Source: Pseudomonadota bacterium (GTDB taxonomy: Bacteria > Campylobacterota > Campylobacteria > Campylobacterales > Sulfurimonadaceae). From it: DNA of 64,000 nt. The position numbers and the translations under genes were made by a program. The stretch lies in NCBI GenBank assembly GCA_043797085.1, contig JAZDQA010000010.1, forward strand, positions 32,001 to 96,000, written 5' to 3'. Positions 9,399-19,651 of this stretch are shown piece by piece (the stretch's first letter is position 1; each line of letters starts with the position of its first letter). The notes beneath the pieces are model-generated. The model was not told the origin of the DNA. It made no database searches and saw nothing but the letters and a program-made list of their open reading frames with translations.

Positions 9399-10607
9399 AT
9401 GGAATCCTTACAGCTTAAAACCAAACTCTTATATTTGCTTCTGAGTGTCGCAGCAGGGATTGTAGTCGTTGGATTTGTTGGGTACATCAATCTTCTTACC
9501 ATGAAAAAAAATGTCGATACGCTCTATTTTGGCTCACTCATTCCACTAGGTGAACTAAGCTCCATCAACTCCGCATACCATCATGATCTCGAAGCCGGTG
9601 TCTACCGATGGAAAGAGGGTCTTATAGGAAATGAAGATTTAGCTCAAACTATCACCTTAGGTCTTGAACATGTCGATCAGATGTGGGCTAAATATTTATC
9701 GCATCACAAGCGTCCCGAAGAGCTTCCTTATATCCATTATACCGAGCAACAAATTGAGAATATGAAGCACTATTTTGAGGAAATACGTTCTCTGACGCTT
9801 AACAACACCTCACGATCTGCCATTTCAGTGATCACTCTTGCAGACAACACCACCACGATTCACAACACTGTTTCTCAGCTCATTGCCTATGAAACCGCCG
9901 CAGCTACTTACGAGCGTTCTCTTCTTCTCACTCATCATCAAAATTCACTTATGCAGCTTGCCATGATGTTAGGAGTTATTTTACTGGGAGTTATGACCTT
10001 TGCATGGCGTATTTTTATGCAAATAGAACAACAGCAGCAGCAACTTCTTCAATCCACAGAAGCACTCAAACATCTCAATATCAAACTTGAACAGGCCTCC
10101 TATACCGATACCCTCACAGGGATTTTTAACCGACGCTATTTCAATCTAGTATACGAGCGCGAATTCAAACGAGCATTACGTGCCAATAAATCCATAACCT
10201 TTATGATGATTGATATCGATTTTTTCAAACAATACAACGATACATACGGGCACTTGCAAGGAGATATCGCGCTGCAAAACGTTGCTCACATATTGAAAAC
10301 ATCCTTATTGCGCCCGGGAGATTTTGTCTTTCGTTTAGGAGGCGAAGAGTTTGGGATCATTCTCACCGAAACCGATTGCCCTAACGCTCGAAAAATGGGA
10401 GAAAAATTAAGATTCAATGTAGAATCCCTCAACATGGAGCACAAAGGAAATAAAAGCTGTGGTCTTCTCACCATCTCAGCAGGTGCGATTTGCATTGTAC
10501 CTACCGAATCAATGAACAACGAATCGCTGTTACACAGTGCCGACACTAACCTCTATACAGCCAAAGAGAGAGGACGTAATATGGTTGTTTTTAGTAATTC
10601 ATTATAA
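9399..10607 (+). CDS. Membrane diguanylate cyclase with a periplasmic four-helix sensor
   Basis: Two TMs; DTLTGIFNRR, DIDFFKQYNDTYGH, RPGD I-site and GGEEF. Confidence 0.92.
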   Translation: MESLQLKTKLLYLLLSVAAGIVVVGFVGYINLLTMKKNVDTLYFGSLIPLGELSSINSAYHHDLEAGVYRWKEGLIGNEDLAQTITLGLEHVDQMWAKYLSHHKRPEELPYIHYTEQQIENMKHYFEEIRSLTLNNTSRSAISVITLADNTTTIHNTVSQLIAYETAAATYERSLLLTHHQNSLMQLAMMLGVILLGVMTFAWRIFMQIEQQQQQLLQSTEALKHLNIKLEQASYTDTLTGIFNRRYFNLVYEREFKRALRANKSITFMMIDIDFFKQYNDTYGHLQGDIALQNVAHILKTSLLRPGDFVFRLGGEEFGIILTETDCPNARKMGEKLRFNVESLNMEHKGNKSCGLLTISAGAICIVPTESMNNESLLHSADTNLYTAKERGRNMVVFSNSL

Positions 10608-10623
10608 TCTGGTGCTATACAGC

Positions 10624-10668
10624 TTGAGTGATTTTCTTGATAATTCAAAAATGAATACGCTAATTATA
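10624..10668. repeat. Degenerate single-end copy of the 34554-34686 element
   Basis: TTGAGTGATTTTCTTGATAATTCAAA matches 34563-34588 at 25/26 nt, with weaker similarity for about 20 more nt. Confidence 0.75.
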
Positions 10669-11005
10669 ATTTTGGATTTTTAAATCTAAACCCTATTTTT
10701 TCAAGCTGTTCACGTAACTTTGGAGCAATTTCGCCTTGAAACTCCATCCAGCCTTCTTTATACGCACCACCGCAAGCAAGAGATTTTTTGAGGATTGAGA
10801 GATTTTTTTGAGCATCCGAATCACTAAGGCTAAATGGTCCAACGAGCGTTACTACTTTCCCTTTACGTTTCTCTTTTTGAAAAACGAGTCGATGTGCGCT
10901 AACGTCGAGAATAGTAAGTGTTTTAGCCGCTTTTTCTTCTTCCAGCTTCCATCCATCATCCCAAGATGTCCCAATATCAAAGGATAGTTTTTCACCCCTC
11001 GCCAT
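10664..11005 (-). CDS. yciH: SUI1/YciH translation initiation factor family protein
   Basis: KRKGKVVTLV, LKKSLACGG and EFQGE motifs; start at MARGEK. Confidence 0.85.
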   Translation of the reverse strand: MARGEKLSFDIGTSWDDGWKLEEEKAAKTLTILDVSAHRLVFQKEKRKGKVVTLVGPFSLSDSDAQKNLSILKKSLACGGAYKEGWMEFQGEIAPKLREQLEKIGFRFKNPKL

Positions 11006-11207
11006 TGGAATCTCCCATGTACACAAAACGCTTTGTCCCGTCTTCAAGCAGCCCATCGAACATCTCAAGCGGTCGTATCCACAATCCTTGTTCACCATAC
11101 AGTGCTCGATAGACAACGAGAAGTTCTTCGGTTTCTGAGTGCTTTGCAACGCCCATCACCTCATACTCATTGCCTTTATAGTGGAGGTATTTCCCATTTT
11201 TAAGCAC
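10992..11207 (-). CDS. DUF1653 domain protein
   Basis: HYKGNEYEV, HSETEELLVVYRALYG and WIRPLEMF motifs. Confidence 0.9.
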   Translation of the reverse strand: MLKNGKYLHYKGNEYEVMGVAKHSETEELLVVYRALYGEQGLWIRPLEMFDGLLEDGTKRFVYMGDSNGEG

Positions 11208-12033
11208 GAATTACCTTTTGTATCAACGCGCTCACACCTTTAACGTCCAGCTTATTACTGCTTGCCATCATTAAAATCGGATTCATACAGTAAAGATTAT
11301 TATCATACACTACAACCATAATTTCATCGTTCTCTTGAAGGAAATTAGTTTCACCAAAATGGGTATAGCGAGTCGCACCGATACTTATGATTGCTTGTTT
11401 TGGATAGCCGGCTTCTTTTATATATTCGCTGACAGGCTCTAGTGGTCCCGTATCTTTTTGGGTATTGATTTGGTTACTCATCCACTCAGTGAGCTTATCG
11501 TAAAAATAGCTGTACCCTGTAAGTTCAACATCTTCACCATAACGCATCAGCATCCCATCACGTCGTAAAAACGAAGCAATCCGATAACTGTCCATCACAC
11601 CACCCCGCCCAAAATAATCAATAGGAATAAGAGTCTCTGATAGTCCTTTGGAACATTCTCCCCAATTTTTTTTGTGGCTGATTTTAGGAGCTCCTTCGAT
11701 GCGTAAAGAACAATCATTATAGGCACCGAAAAATTTTGGAGTAATTGAAGTAATGTTGCCAAGTATATCGTAGGTTAAATCACAGATCAATGCCACTTCT
11801 GGTTCTATTTGGACATTGCATGGATTGGTTGGGAGAATGATCGTGTCGCAGCTGAGGGGATACGTCCCTAAAAAATCGCTACGGTTGGGGATATAAAAAG
11901 GGAACATCCCTTTGGGACCGTTGGGATCATCGGTGATGATATCTTTGAAATCAGCACTCTCACCTGCTTGTTCGAGATGAAGGGCAAAGTTTCCCGCAAC
12001 ACCTAACCCAATAAAATTTTTATAATTCGCCAC
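11200..12033 (-). CDS. DUF5718 family protein (fumarylacetoacetate-hydrolase-like motifs)
   Basis: GVAGNFALHLEQAGE, QIEPEVAL, AYNDCSLR, KKNWG; GTG start at 12033. Confidence 0.7.
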   Translation of the reverse strand: MANYKNFIGLGVAGNFALHLEQAGESADFKDIITDDPNGPKGMFPFYIPNRSDFLGTYPLSCDTIILPTNPCNVQIEPEVALICDLTYDILGNITSITPKFFGAYNDCSLRIEGAPKISHKKNWGECSKGLSETLIPIDYFGRGGVMDSYRIASFLRRDGMLMRYGEDVELTGYSYFYDKLTEWMSNQINTQKDTGPLEPVSEYIKEAGYPKQAIISIGATRYTHFGETNFLQENDEIMVVVYDNNLYCMNPILMMASSNKLDVKGVSALIQKVIRA

Positions 12034-13624
12034 TTGCTTTTGCCTCAGCAAACTCTTCGTACGAACCTTTGAAGTCGGTATAAGTTCCATCAAGGTGCAA
12101 TTCAATAATGCGGTCTGCAAATGCGTCAAGAAGCTCACGGTCATGGCTCACACAAATAACATTCCCTTCAAAGTCGAGCAATGCTTCACCCAATGCGATA
12201 ATCGCTTCAAGGTCAAGGTGATTGGTAGGCTCATCGAGTACAATGAAATTTCCCCCCTCAAGCATCATTTTGGAGAGCATCATACGATGTTTTTCTCCCC
12301 CTGAAATCTTCTCAACACTCTTCTCTTGCTGTTCGCCGTTAAAAAGCATTCGTCCTAGACAGTTACGGATCTCAGAGATTTCACGTTTTGGATCAAATCC
12401 ACGAAGCCAATCGTACAGCGTACCGTCGCCTTTGATCTTATCGGTCGTATCTTGGGGAAAATAGCTATTTTCAATCGTCGCGCCCCATGTGACACTTCCG
12501 CTCGTAGGTTTAATTTCTTCCATAAGAATTTTGCACAAGGTCGATTTACCTGCACCATTGGCACCGATAATCGCGATTTTTTCACCCGGGGATACCAGAA
12601 TATCAATATTATGCAAAACATTCAAATCGCCATAACTGTGAGAAATATTCGCCACACGCAACGCTTCGTCCCCCATAGGACGCTTCGCCTTAAAGACGAT
12701 GCTTGGATCACGACGGCTTGATGGCTTGATGTCTTCAATACTCATTTTATCAAGCTTCTTTTGACGAGAAGTTGCTTGTTTGGCTTTCGATGCATTCGCA
12801 GAGAAACGGCGAACAAAGGCTTCAAGTTGATCTTTTTCTTTAACTTGCTTATCGCGATCCAATTGCATTTGATTCGCCATAACAGTAGACGCTAAATACC
12901 AATCGTCATACGTTCCAGTAAATTCACGGATTTTTTGGAAATCGACATCGAGGATATTGGTTACAACCGCATTGATAAAGTGACGGTCATGCGAGACAAT
13001 GACCAATGTCCCTGCATGGCGCTGAAGTTCACGCTCCAGCCATCCGATTGTCTCGATATCCAAGTTATTCGTCGGTTCATCGAGGAACAAAACGTCCGGT
13101 TTTGGATACAGCACTTGCGCTAACAAAACTTTGAATTTTTCGGATGAAGGAAGAGTTGACATAAGTTCTTGGTGAAACTCAGCACTGATTCCCACCGTTT
13201 CCAAAATTTTTGCAATTTGGACATCGTATTCGTAAGTCGGATCTTCTTCAACAGAAATCATTTCAAGCTCTGCAAGACGATCATTGGTTTTATCGTCCTC
13301 AAAATCACCAGTAGTGTAAAGAATTTCTTTCTCTTTGATCGCATCATAAAGACGTTTATTTCCAAATAAAACGGTATCAGCGATGGTAAAATCTTCATAA
13401 GCAAACTGATTTTGCCCCAAAATACCTACTTTTAGTCCCGGCTCAATAGAGACGTCACCTTCGTAATCTTTAATCTTACCGCTAAGAATATTCAAAAATG
13501 TTGTTTTTCCTGCACCATTGGCTCCGATGAGACCATAACGCTTATTACGGTCAAGCTTAAGGTTAATCCCCTCAAATAAAACTCGACTTCCAAAACGCAT
13601 TGCTAATTTTGTGACTTGTACCAT
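12020..13624 (-). CDS. ABC-F family ATPase (YbiT-like)
   Basis: Two ABC domains (GANGAGKT, LDEPTNNLD, SGGE), linker ANASKAKQATSR, no TM. Confidence 0.93.
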   Translation of the reverse strand: MVQVTKLAMRFGSRVLFEGINLKLDRNKRYGLIGANGAGKTTFLNILSGKIKDYEGDVSIEPGLKVGILGQNQFAYEDFTIADTVLFGNKRLYDAIKEKEILYTTGDFEDDKTNDRLAELEMISVEEDPTYEYDVQIAKILETVGISAEFHQELMSTLPSSEKFKVLLAQVLYPKPDVLFLDEPTNNLDIETIGWLERELQRHAGTLVIVSHDRHFINAVVTNILDVDFQKIREFTGTYDDWYLASTVMANQMQLDRDKQVKEKDQLEAFVRRFSANASKAKQATSRQKKLDKMSIEDIKPSSRRDPSIVFKAKRPMGDEALRVANISHSYGDLNVLHNIDILVSPGEKIAIIGANGAGKSTLCKILMEEIKPTSGSVTWGATIENSYFPQDTTDKIKGDGTLYDWLRGFDPKREISEIRNCLGRMLFNGEQQEKSVEKISGGEKHRMMLSKMMLEGGNFIVLDEPTNHLDLEAIIALGEALLDFEGNVICVSHDRELLDAFADRIIELHLDGTYTDFKGSYEEFAEAKASGEL

Positions 13625-13851
13625 GTATCAGACTCTCTTTTTTATCATTGTTTAATAGCGCGATTATATCCAAGAGGAGATAAGAGGACGCTTTTATTAT
13701 TGATATAAGCTATTTGAATCATCATTAAGTATTATTCTTTGTGACTTTACGCTTCATTCACCTTTTTTAACATTAGCCTAAGATTCGAGCAGATAAAATA
13801 AGTCCTAAGGATTATGCTGGTTATAGTTCGATTTTTCTCACGGAGCACAAT

Positions 13852-14133
13852 GTGATACAAATTTATGTCGGGAATATTCCCTACGGCAAAGATGAAAACG
13901 ATCTTAAAGATCTTTTCGGACAATACGGTGAAGTTAGTTCAGTCAAATTCGTTAACGATAAAGAGACAGGACGTTTTCGTGGTTTCGGTTTTGTTGAAAT
14001 GGTAAACCAAGATGAGGCGAACAAGGCAATCACTGCACTTGAAAATAGTGATTTTGGCGGACGTACCCTTCGTGTCAATGAAGCACGTCCTCGTGCTCCA
14101 CGCCCTCCACGTGAGCGTAGCAACAACTGGTAA
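13852..14133 (+). CDS. RRM-domain RNA-binding protein (RbpA-like)
   Basis: RNP2 IYVGNI, RNP1 RGFGFVEM, GRTLRVNEA. Confidence 0.95.
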   Translation: MIQIYVGNIPYGKDENDLKDLFGQYGEVSSVKFVNDKETGRFRGFGFVEMVNQDEANKAITALENSDFGGRTLRVNEARPRAPRPPRERSNNW

Positions 14134-14140
14134 AAGATAC

Positions 14141-14180
14141 TGAAGCTCATTTATGGGCTTCACCCTGCCTTTCTTTTTTT
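14141..14180 (+). terminator. Putative intrinsic terminator
   Basis: Hairpin TGAAGCTCAT-TT-ATGGGCTTCA followed by a pyrimidine/T tract. Confidence 0.6.
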
Positions 14181-14221
14181 CTCACCTCTATACTCAATAA
14201 TATTTTAATTTTGGACAAAAA

Positions 14222-14425
14222 ATGACTTTTACTTTAACCGATGAAAACATCGAACTTACTAAACTTTTGAAGGTATTAGACCTCGTAGATTCAGGCGGAC
14301 AAGCCAAAATGCTTATCGATGAAGGACACGTTAAACGAAACGGAGAAGTCGAAACACGCAAGCGTGCTAAAATACTCCGAGGTGAACAAATTCAAATTGG
14401 GGATGTCATTATCACGGTCAATTGA
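14222..14425 (+). CDS. S4 domain RNA-binding protein (YbcJ/YaaA)
   Basis: IELTKLLK..SGGQAK..NGEVETRKRAKI. Confidence 0.9.
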   Translation: MTFTLTDENIELTKLLKVLDLVDSGGQAKMLIDEGHVKRNGEVETRKRAKILRGEQIQIGDVIITVN

Positions 14426-14496
14426 TTATTAATGGAGTTTTAACTATAATTATATATCTTAAATACTCATGTAGACCAAAAAGGTTTTAGTAACCC

Positions 14497-15822
14497 ATGA
14501 AAAATAAAAAAATGATGGTCGTTGGCTTTATCAGCGCAATCGCAGTTAGTCTTGCTCTTTCTACTTCATTGATTGCCCAAGGTGATATGCAGCCTCTTCC
14601 TCCAGAGGCTTCTAATGAGGCATCACGACTTCAATCACTGGCAAAATTTACCAAAGTTCTTAGCATTGTCGAGCAATACAATGTTGATAGTCTTGGTGTT
14701 GATCAACTCATTGATAAATCCCTACAGGGACTTCTTTCCAACCTTGATGCCCATTCTAATTTTTTGGATAAGAAAAGCTTTGAGTCTCTCAAAAGTCAAA
14801 CCGATGGTGAATTCGGCGGTTTAGGGATTACGGTCGGTATGCGGGACAATGCACTTACCGTCATCTCCCCTATCGAAGGGACACCTGCTGATAAAGCGGG
14901 GATTAAAGCAGGAGATATTATCCTCAAGATCAATGACAAATCTACTTTGGGCATAACCATCGATGATGCAGTAGGTCTTATGCGAGGAGTACCAAAAACA
15001 CCGATTAATTTAACCGTTGTCCGTAAAGGTGCAGGTGAACCGCTCAAATTTCGTATCATACGGGACATCATCACCGTTGAGTCCGTTTATGCTCGTACCA
15101 TTGATAACAATATTCTTTACATTCGTGTGACCAGTTTTGATAAAAAAGTAGCCCATGACGTCAAAGCAGCCCTCAAAAAACATGCCGCAAAAAGTCAAGG
15201 TATCATTCTCGACCTTCGCAATAATCCGGGTGGGCTGCTTGATCAAGCCGTTGAACTGACTGATTTATTCGTGGATGAAGGGGTAATCGTTTCTCAAAAA
15301 GGACGTAACAAAAGCGATGATATTAGTTACAGTGCCACTAAAAAAGCAACTGTAACTCACCTCCCTCTTGTTGTGCTTGTCAACGAAGGATCTGCCAGTG
15401 CTTCAGAAATCGTAAGCGGTGCACTACAAGATTTGAAACGCGGTGTGATTGTCGGAACCAAAACATTCGGAAAAGGGTCTGTCCAAGTCGTCATGCCCAT
15501 CACGGATAGCGAAGCAATCAAGCTAACCATTGCTCGCTACTATCTTCCTAGCGGACGTACCATTCAAGCCGTCGGCGTTATCCCGGATGTTGAAGTAGAT
15601 GCAGGTGAAGTCAAAAAACATGAAAATAATTTTGATATTAAAGAAGCCGATTTGAAAAAACATCTTGAAGGCGAACTTGAAAAAACCAACGGCATGGTAG
15701 ATGTGACTGAAACCAATGCTACCAACAAAACCATTATTACAAAAGCTCAACTCACAAAAGATATGCAACTCAAAGAGGGTGTCGGCATCCTCAAAGCTCT
15801 CATCATAGTTAAAGGAAAATAG
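14497..15822 (+). CDS. ctpA: S41 carboxy-terminal processing protease
   Basis: [32 protein letters not shown]. Confidence 0.93.
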   Translation: MKNKKMMVVGFISAIAVSLALSTSLIAQGDMQPLPPEASNEASRLQSLAKFTKVLSIVEQYNVDSLGVDQLIDKSLQGLLSNLDAHSNFLDKKSFESLKSQTDGEFGGLGITVGMRDNALTVISPIEGTPADKAGIKAGDIILKINDKSTLGITIDDAVGLMRGVPKTPINLTVVRKGAGEPLKFRIIRDIITVESVYARTIDNNILYIRVTSFDKKVAHDVKAALKKHAAKSQGIILDLRNNPGGLLDQAVELTDLFVDEGVIVSQKGRNKSDDISYSATKKATVTHLPLVVLVNEGSASASEIVSGALQDLKRGVIVGTKTFGKGSVQVVMPITDSEAIKLTIARYYLPSGRTIQAVGVIPDVEVDAGEVKKHENNFDIKEADLKKHLEGELEKTNGMVDVTETNATNKTIITKAQLTKDMQLKEGVGILKALIIVKGK

Positions 15823-15824
15823 TC

Positions 15825-16535
15825 ATGGAAAAACGCGAACTCATTTACGAAGGAAAGGCAAAACGCCTTTTTAATACCGACGATGCCAATTTGGTTATTG
15901 CAGAATTTAAAGACGATTTGACCGCTTTTAATGGCGCTAAAAAAGACAGTGAAGCCGGTAAAGGGGCATTAAATAATAAAATTTCAACCGAACTTTTTAA
16001 AATGCTTGCTCAAAACGGCGTTGAGTCTCATTTTGTAGAGATGCTCGATGATACAAATATGCTTTGTAAAAAAGTTGATATCATCATGATCGAAGTCATT
16101 GTTCGCAATATTGCAACCGGAAGCCTAAGTAAGAATCTTGGTATCGCTGACGGTACAGTACTGCCTTTCACATTAGTAGAATTTGATTACAAAAATGATG
16201 CACTTGGTGATCCAAAGCTGAATGACCAACACTGCTTGATTCTTAATCTTGTCAAAAATGAAGCGGAACTCGATCAACTTCGAGCTATGGCGCGTCAAAT
16301 CAATGATATTTTACGTCCTTATTTCCATACACGCGGACTCAATCTTGTTGACTTCAAGCTCGAGTTCGGTCGTGATGAAAATGGCAAAATTATCCTTGCG
16401 GATGAGATCAGTCCCGACAACTGCCGTTTTTGGGATTTAGAGACGGGTGAAAAAATGGACAAAGACCGTTTTCGTCAAGGAATGGGTGGACTAAAAGTTG
16501 CCTACGAAGAAGTATTAAATAGAATTTTGGGGTAA
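15825..16535 (+). CDS. purC: SAICAR synthase
   Basis: [31 protein letters not shown]. Confidence 0.97.
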   Translation: MEKRELIYEGKAKRLFNTDDANLVIAEFKDDLTAFNGAKKDSEAGKGALNNKISTELFKMLAQNGVESHFVEMLDDTNMLCKKVDIIMIEVIVRNIATGSLSKNLGIADGTVLPFTLVEFDYKNDALGDPKLNDQHCLILNLVKNEAELDQLRAMARQINDILRPYFHTRGLNLVDFKLEFGRDENGKIILADEISPDNCRFWDLETGEKMDKDRFRQGMGGLKVAYEEVLNRILG

Positions 16536-16537
16536 TC

Positions 16538-16780
16538 ATGAAAGCAATCGTCAATGTATTTTTAAAAAATGGAGTTCTTGACTCTCAGGGAAAAGCGGTT
16601 TTACACGCACTTAGCGGCCATGGATTCGAGAGCGTTCGTGACGTTCGTGTTGGTAAGCAAATTATCATTGAGCTCGACGAGAGCGATAGCGCAGCAGCAA
16701 AAGAAAAAGTAGCCCACATGTGTGAAGAACTTTTGGCCAATACCGTTATCGAAGATTATGAGATTGAGATTATTTCATGA
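16538..16780 (+). CDS. purS: FGAM synthase subunit PurS
   Basis: VLDSQGKAV, VRVGK, LLANTVIEDY. Confidence 0.97.
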   Translation: MKAIVNVFLKNGVLDSQGKAVLHALSGHGFESVRDVRVGKQIIIELDESDSAAAKEKVAHMCEELLANTVIEDYEIEIIS

Positions 16781-17463
16781 GTGCAAAGATAAAAGTAGGT
16801 ATTGTACAGTTCCCGGGAACAAACTGTGAATACGATACACAGCACGCATTTGATGTACTTGGCTGCGAAACGGTAATCTTATGGCACAAAGAAGATGTTA
16901 TTCCCGATGGTACCGATTTAGTGGTTGTTGCGGGTGGTTTTAGCTATGGAGACTATCTTCGCAGCGGCGCCATTGCAAAAATGTCACCTATTATGAAAGC
17001 ACTTAAGCTCTATGCCGACGATGGTGGAAAAGTACTTGGAATTTGTAACGGTTTTCAAGTATTAACTGAGACGGGTCTTCTTCCGGGAGCACTTAAACGC
17101 AATGAAGGGCTCCATTTCATCTCACGCCATCATCACCTGAAAGTAATCTCCAATGACAATACGTTTTTACGTCATTGTGAAGCAAACGAAGTGGTTAATA
17201 TTCCCATCGCACATCATGATGGAAACTATTATATTGATGCCCAAGGACTAAATGAGCTTTACGCCAATCATCAAGTATTGTTACAATACACCGATGAAAA
17301 TGGCACTGTTGACAACCCAAACGGCTCGATTGACAGTATTGCAGGAATTTGTAATGTTAACAAAAATGTATTTGGATTGATGCCTCACCCTGAACGGGCA
17401 ATGGAATCATTACTTGGGAGCAACGATGGCCGTCGTATGCTTGAGGGCTTTTTATCCGCTTGA
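16777..17463 (+). CDS. purQ: FGAM synthase glutaminase subunit
   Basis: FPGTNC, GGFSYGDYLRSG, GICNGFQ, MPHPER. Confidence 0.97.
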   Translation: MSAKIKVGIVQFPGTNCEYDTQHAFDVLGCETVILWHKEDVIPDGTDLVVVAGGFSYGDYLRSGAIAKMSPIMKALKLYADDGGKVLGICNGFQVLTETGLLPGALKRNEGLHFISRHHHLKVISNDNTFLRHCEANEVVNIPIAHHDGNYYIDAQGLNELYANHQVLLQYTDENGTVDNPNGSIDSIAGICNVNKNVFGLMPHPERAMESLLGSNDGRRMLEGFLSA

Positions 17464-18620
17464 AAAAGTTAATCCTTGTCTTATTATCACTCCTTGGTCT
17501 TCTTTGGGCAGAGCCTTCTGTTTTAACCGATACTTCTTCACCTGCTCAAGAATCAGAACCTCTTGCAACTCCTGAGAGTACCGAAGAAACGGGCGTTGAT
17601 GCTTTATTCTCCAATGTTACCGAAAATAGCACTGGAGTTGTTTTAGAAAATACCAATACCCCTGCCCGTCTTTATATCGGTGAAGTTTTTCCTTTAACAA
17701 TCAAACTCACCCCTACTGATATTGCATCAGGAAATATTGAATATACACTGCAAGGCGAAGAGGGAATCCGTATTTTTAGTCAAACTCCTATTCGCAGCGT
17801 TAAAGGCGATGCAGTTTATGACACGTTTTATTTTCTCATTCAATCAAACACTATACGCTTTCCTGACATCACTGCAATGACGACTTCAACAGGAGCCGTT
17901 TCTAATACCTTAGCGGGGCTTTCGTTTAACGCAACACCTCTCAATCCGCCTGCAACGTACGCCAACGTCTTAGCCGATTCGTTTAAGGTCATCGATTATA
18001 AAACAACGGCCTATAATCAAGAGAGTAATATTGTTGTCTTTACCGTCAAAGCAACGCGTTGTAATATTGCTACTTTTTCTCTCGTTAATGCTATTAAGCA
18101 GGGCTTTGAATCGAAACTGCCAAATGTTGCGGAATCAACAATGACCTATTATGCCATCATTCCCAACACAGAGCAAACACTCGATTTCACCATATTCAAT
18201 CTCAAAAAAAATCGCTATGAATCCATCAGTATCCCTATCGTTGTCGATGATGATGCCGTATCAACACAAAGCGATCTCTCTCCAACCGATGCACGGCATA
18301 CTGAATTAAAAGTAGGAGCAGCAGCAATTTTCGGCGTTATTTTTATTTCGTTGTTCTATTGGAGACGCTCGAAGTGGTATTTGTATGCGTCAATCCTTCC
18401 TCTTTTTTATGTCATTTTTACCCTACTTCCCAACTCAAGTGTATGCGTTAAAAAAAGTGCTCCTGTCTATCTTTTGCCGATTAAACACGGAACAATCTTT
18501 GAAACAACATCAGAAGAAGAAAAGCTCGAAGTAGAGAATACCGTAGGAGAGTTTACGAAAGTTCATCTCAAAAATAATAAAATTGGCTGGGTGCATGAGA
18601 ACGATCTTTGCTCGAATTAG
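17460..18620 (+). CDS. Exported/membrane protein with a C-terminal SH3-like domain
   Basis: Signal peptide, two TMs, C-terminal KIGWV; this position between purQ and plsC is typical in Campylobacterota. Confidence 0.75.
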   Translation: MKKLILVLLSLLGLLWAEPSVLTDTSSPAQESEPLATPESTEETGVDALFSNVTENSTGVVLENTNTPARLYIGEVFPLTIKLTPTDIASGNIEYTLQGEEGIRIFSQTPIRSVKGDAVYDTFYFLIQSNTIRFPDITAMTTSTGAVSNTLAGLSFNATPLNPPATYANVLADSFKVIDYKTTAYNQESNIVVFTVKATRCNIATFSLVNAIKQGFESKLPNVAESTMTYYAIIPNTEQTLDFTIFNLKKNRYESISIPIVVDDDAVSTQSDLSPTDARHTELKVGAAAIFGVIFISLFYWRRSKWYLYASILPLFYVIFTLLPNSSVCVKKSAPVYLLPIKHGTIFETTSEEEKLEVENTVGEFTKVHLKNNKIGWVHENDLCSN

Positions 18621-19296
18621 ATGGCTTTATGCCATAATTGTCATCTTTACAGGGATGACTCTTATGATTGTGACGTTTTATCTTCTCCCGAAACCGTACT
18701 CAGTAAAATTTTCCTCGTGGTTTATCCGATTGTTGCTTTTCTCACCGGTAAAAGTAAAGGGGAAATGTGATCCTGATGCTCAAATGTTTCTCATCAACCA
18801 TCAAAGCGATATTGATATCGGTATCATGGAGACAATCACCTCTCATGATCTTGCATGGGTAGCCAAAAAAGAACTTTTTAATGTTCCGTTCTTTGGGCTT
18901 GTCCTAAAGCTTCCCAACGACATTGCCGTAGAGCGTGAAAGTAAAACGGCCCTGATTAAGATGATTAAAGATGCAAAAGAACGCATTGATGCCGGACGCA
19001 CCATTACTATTTTCCCAGAAGGAACACGCAGTGAAGGCGGTGTGATGAAACCCTTTAAGCCTGGTGCCAAAATGGTAGCGGATAAATACGCCCTTAAAGT
19101 TCAGCCTGTTGTTCTCATTGCAACTTCATCGTATTTTAGCAACAAGCGCAAAAATTTCTCTCCCGGAAGAGTAACTGCTGTATTTTTGGAACCGTTAATC
19201 GCCGATAAAAGTGATCCAGAGTGGCTAAAAAATACCCAAAAACAGATGCAAAAGGTATATGATGATGAGTTTTCAAACCATCCTCGCAATCGGTAG
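18595..19296 (+). CDS. plsC: 1-acyl-sn-glycerol-3-phosphate acyltransferase
   Basis: NHQSDID (HX4D), AKKELF, FPEGTRS, PFKPG. Confidence 0.92.
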   Translation: MRTIFARIRWLYAIIVIFTGMTLMIVTFYLLPKPYSVKFSSWFIRLLLFSPVKVKGKCDPDAQMFLINHQSDIDIGIMETITSHDLAWVAKKELFNVPFFGLVLKLPNDIAVERESKTALIKMIKDAKERIDAGRTITIFPEGTRSEGGVMKPFKPGAKMVADKYALKVQPVVLIATSSYFSNKRKNFSPGRVTAVFLEPLIADKSDPEWLKNTQKQMQKVYDDEFSNHPRNR

Positions 19297-19651
19297 CGGA
19301 GCCTTTATCGGGGCTGTGCTTCGCGCCTATCTCAACGGGGTAGTAAATCACCATTTTCCTCACACCCTCCCCTTTGGTACGCTCTCAGTCAATCTGATCG
19401 GAAGTTTTATCATCGGTGTTTTATTCGCCTATTTCAGCTACACCACTTTTTTTAGTGTTCAAGCAAAATCATTTTTGACTACCGGATTTTTAGGGGGGCT
19501 TACCACCTACTCTACTTTTGCGATGGAGACGGTTTTTTTACTCAGTGGCGGAAACTTATTGATGGCAGGACTGAATATGGCACTCAATACTTTTGGTACG
19601 GTGGCAATGGCAGCATCGGGATATTATTTATTTAAGCAGTGGCTAGCGTAA
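19259..19651 (+). CDS. crcB: Fluoride channel CrcB/Fluc
   Basis: GAVLR, PFGTLSVNLIGS, TGFLGGLTTYSTF. The true start may be any of three consecutive ATGs. Confidence 0.95.
   Translation: MMMSFQTILAIGSGAFIGAVLRAYLNGVVNHHFPHTLPFGTLSVNLIGSFIIGVLFAYFSYTTFFSVQAKSFLTTGFLGGLTTYSTFAMETVFLLSGGNLLMAGLNMALNTFGTVAMAASGYYLFKQWLA

Noticed and set aside
19200..19265. Fluoride riboswitch before crcB
   Set aside because: crcB overlaps the plsC coding region and no aptamer motif was recognised.
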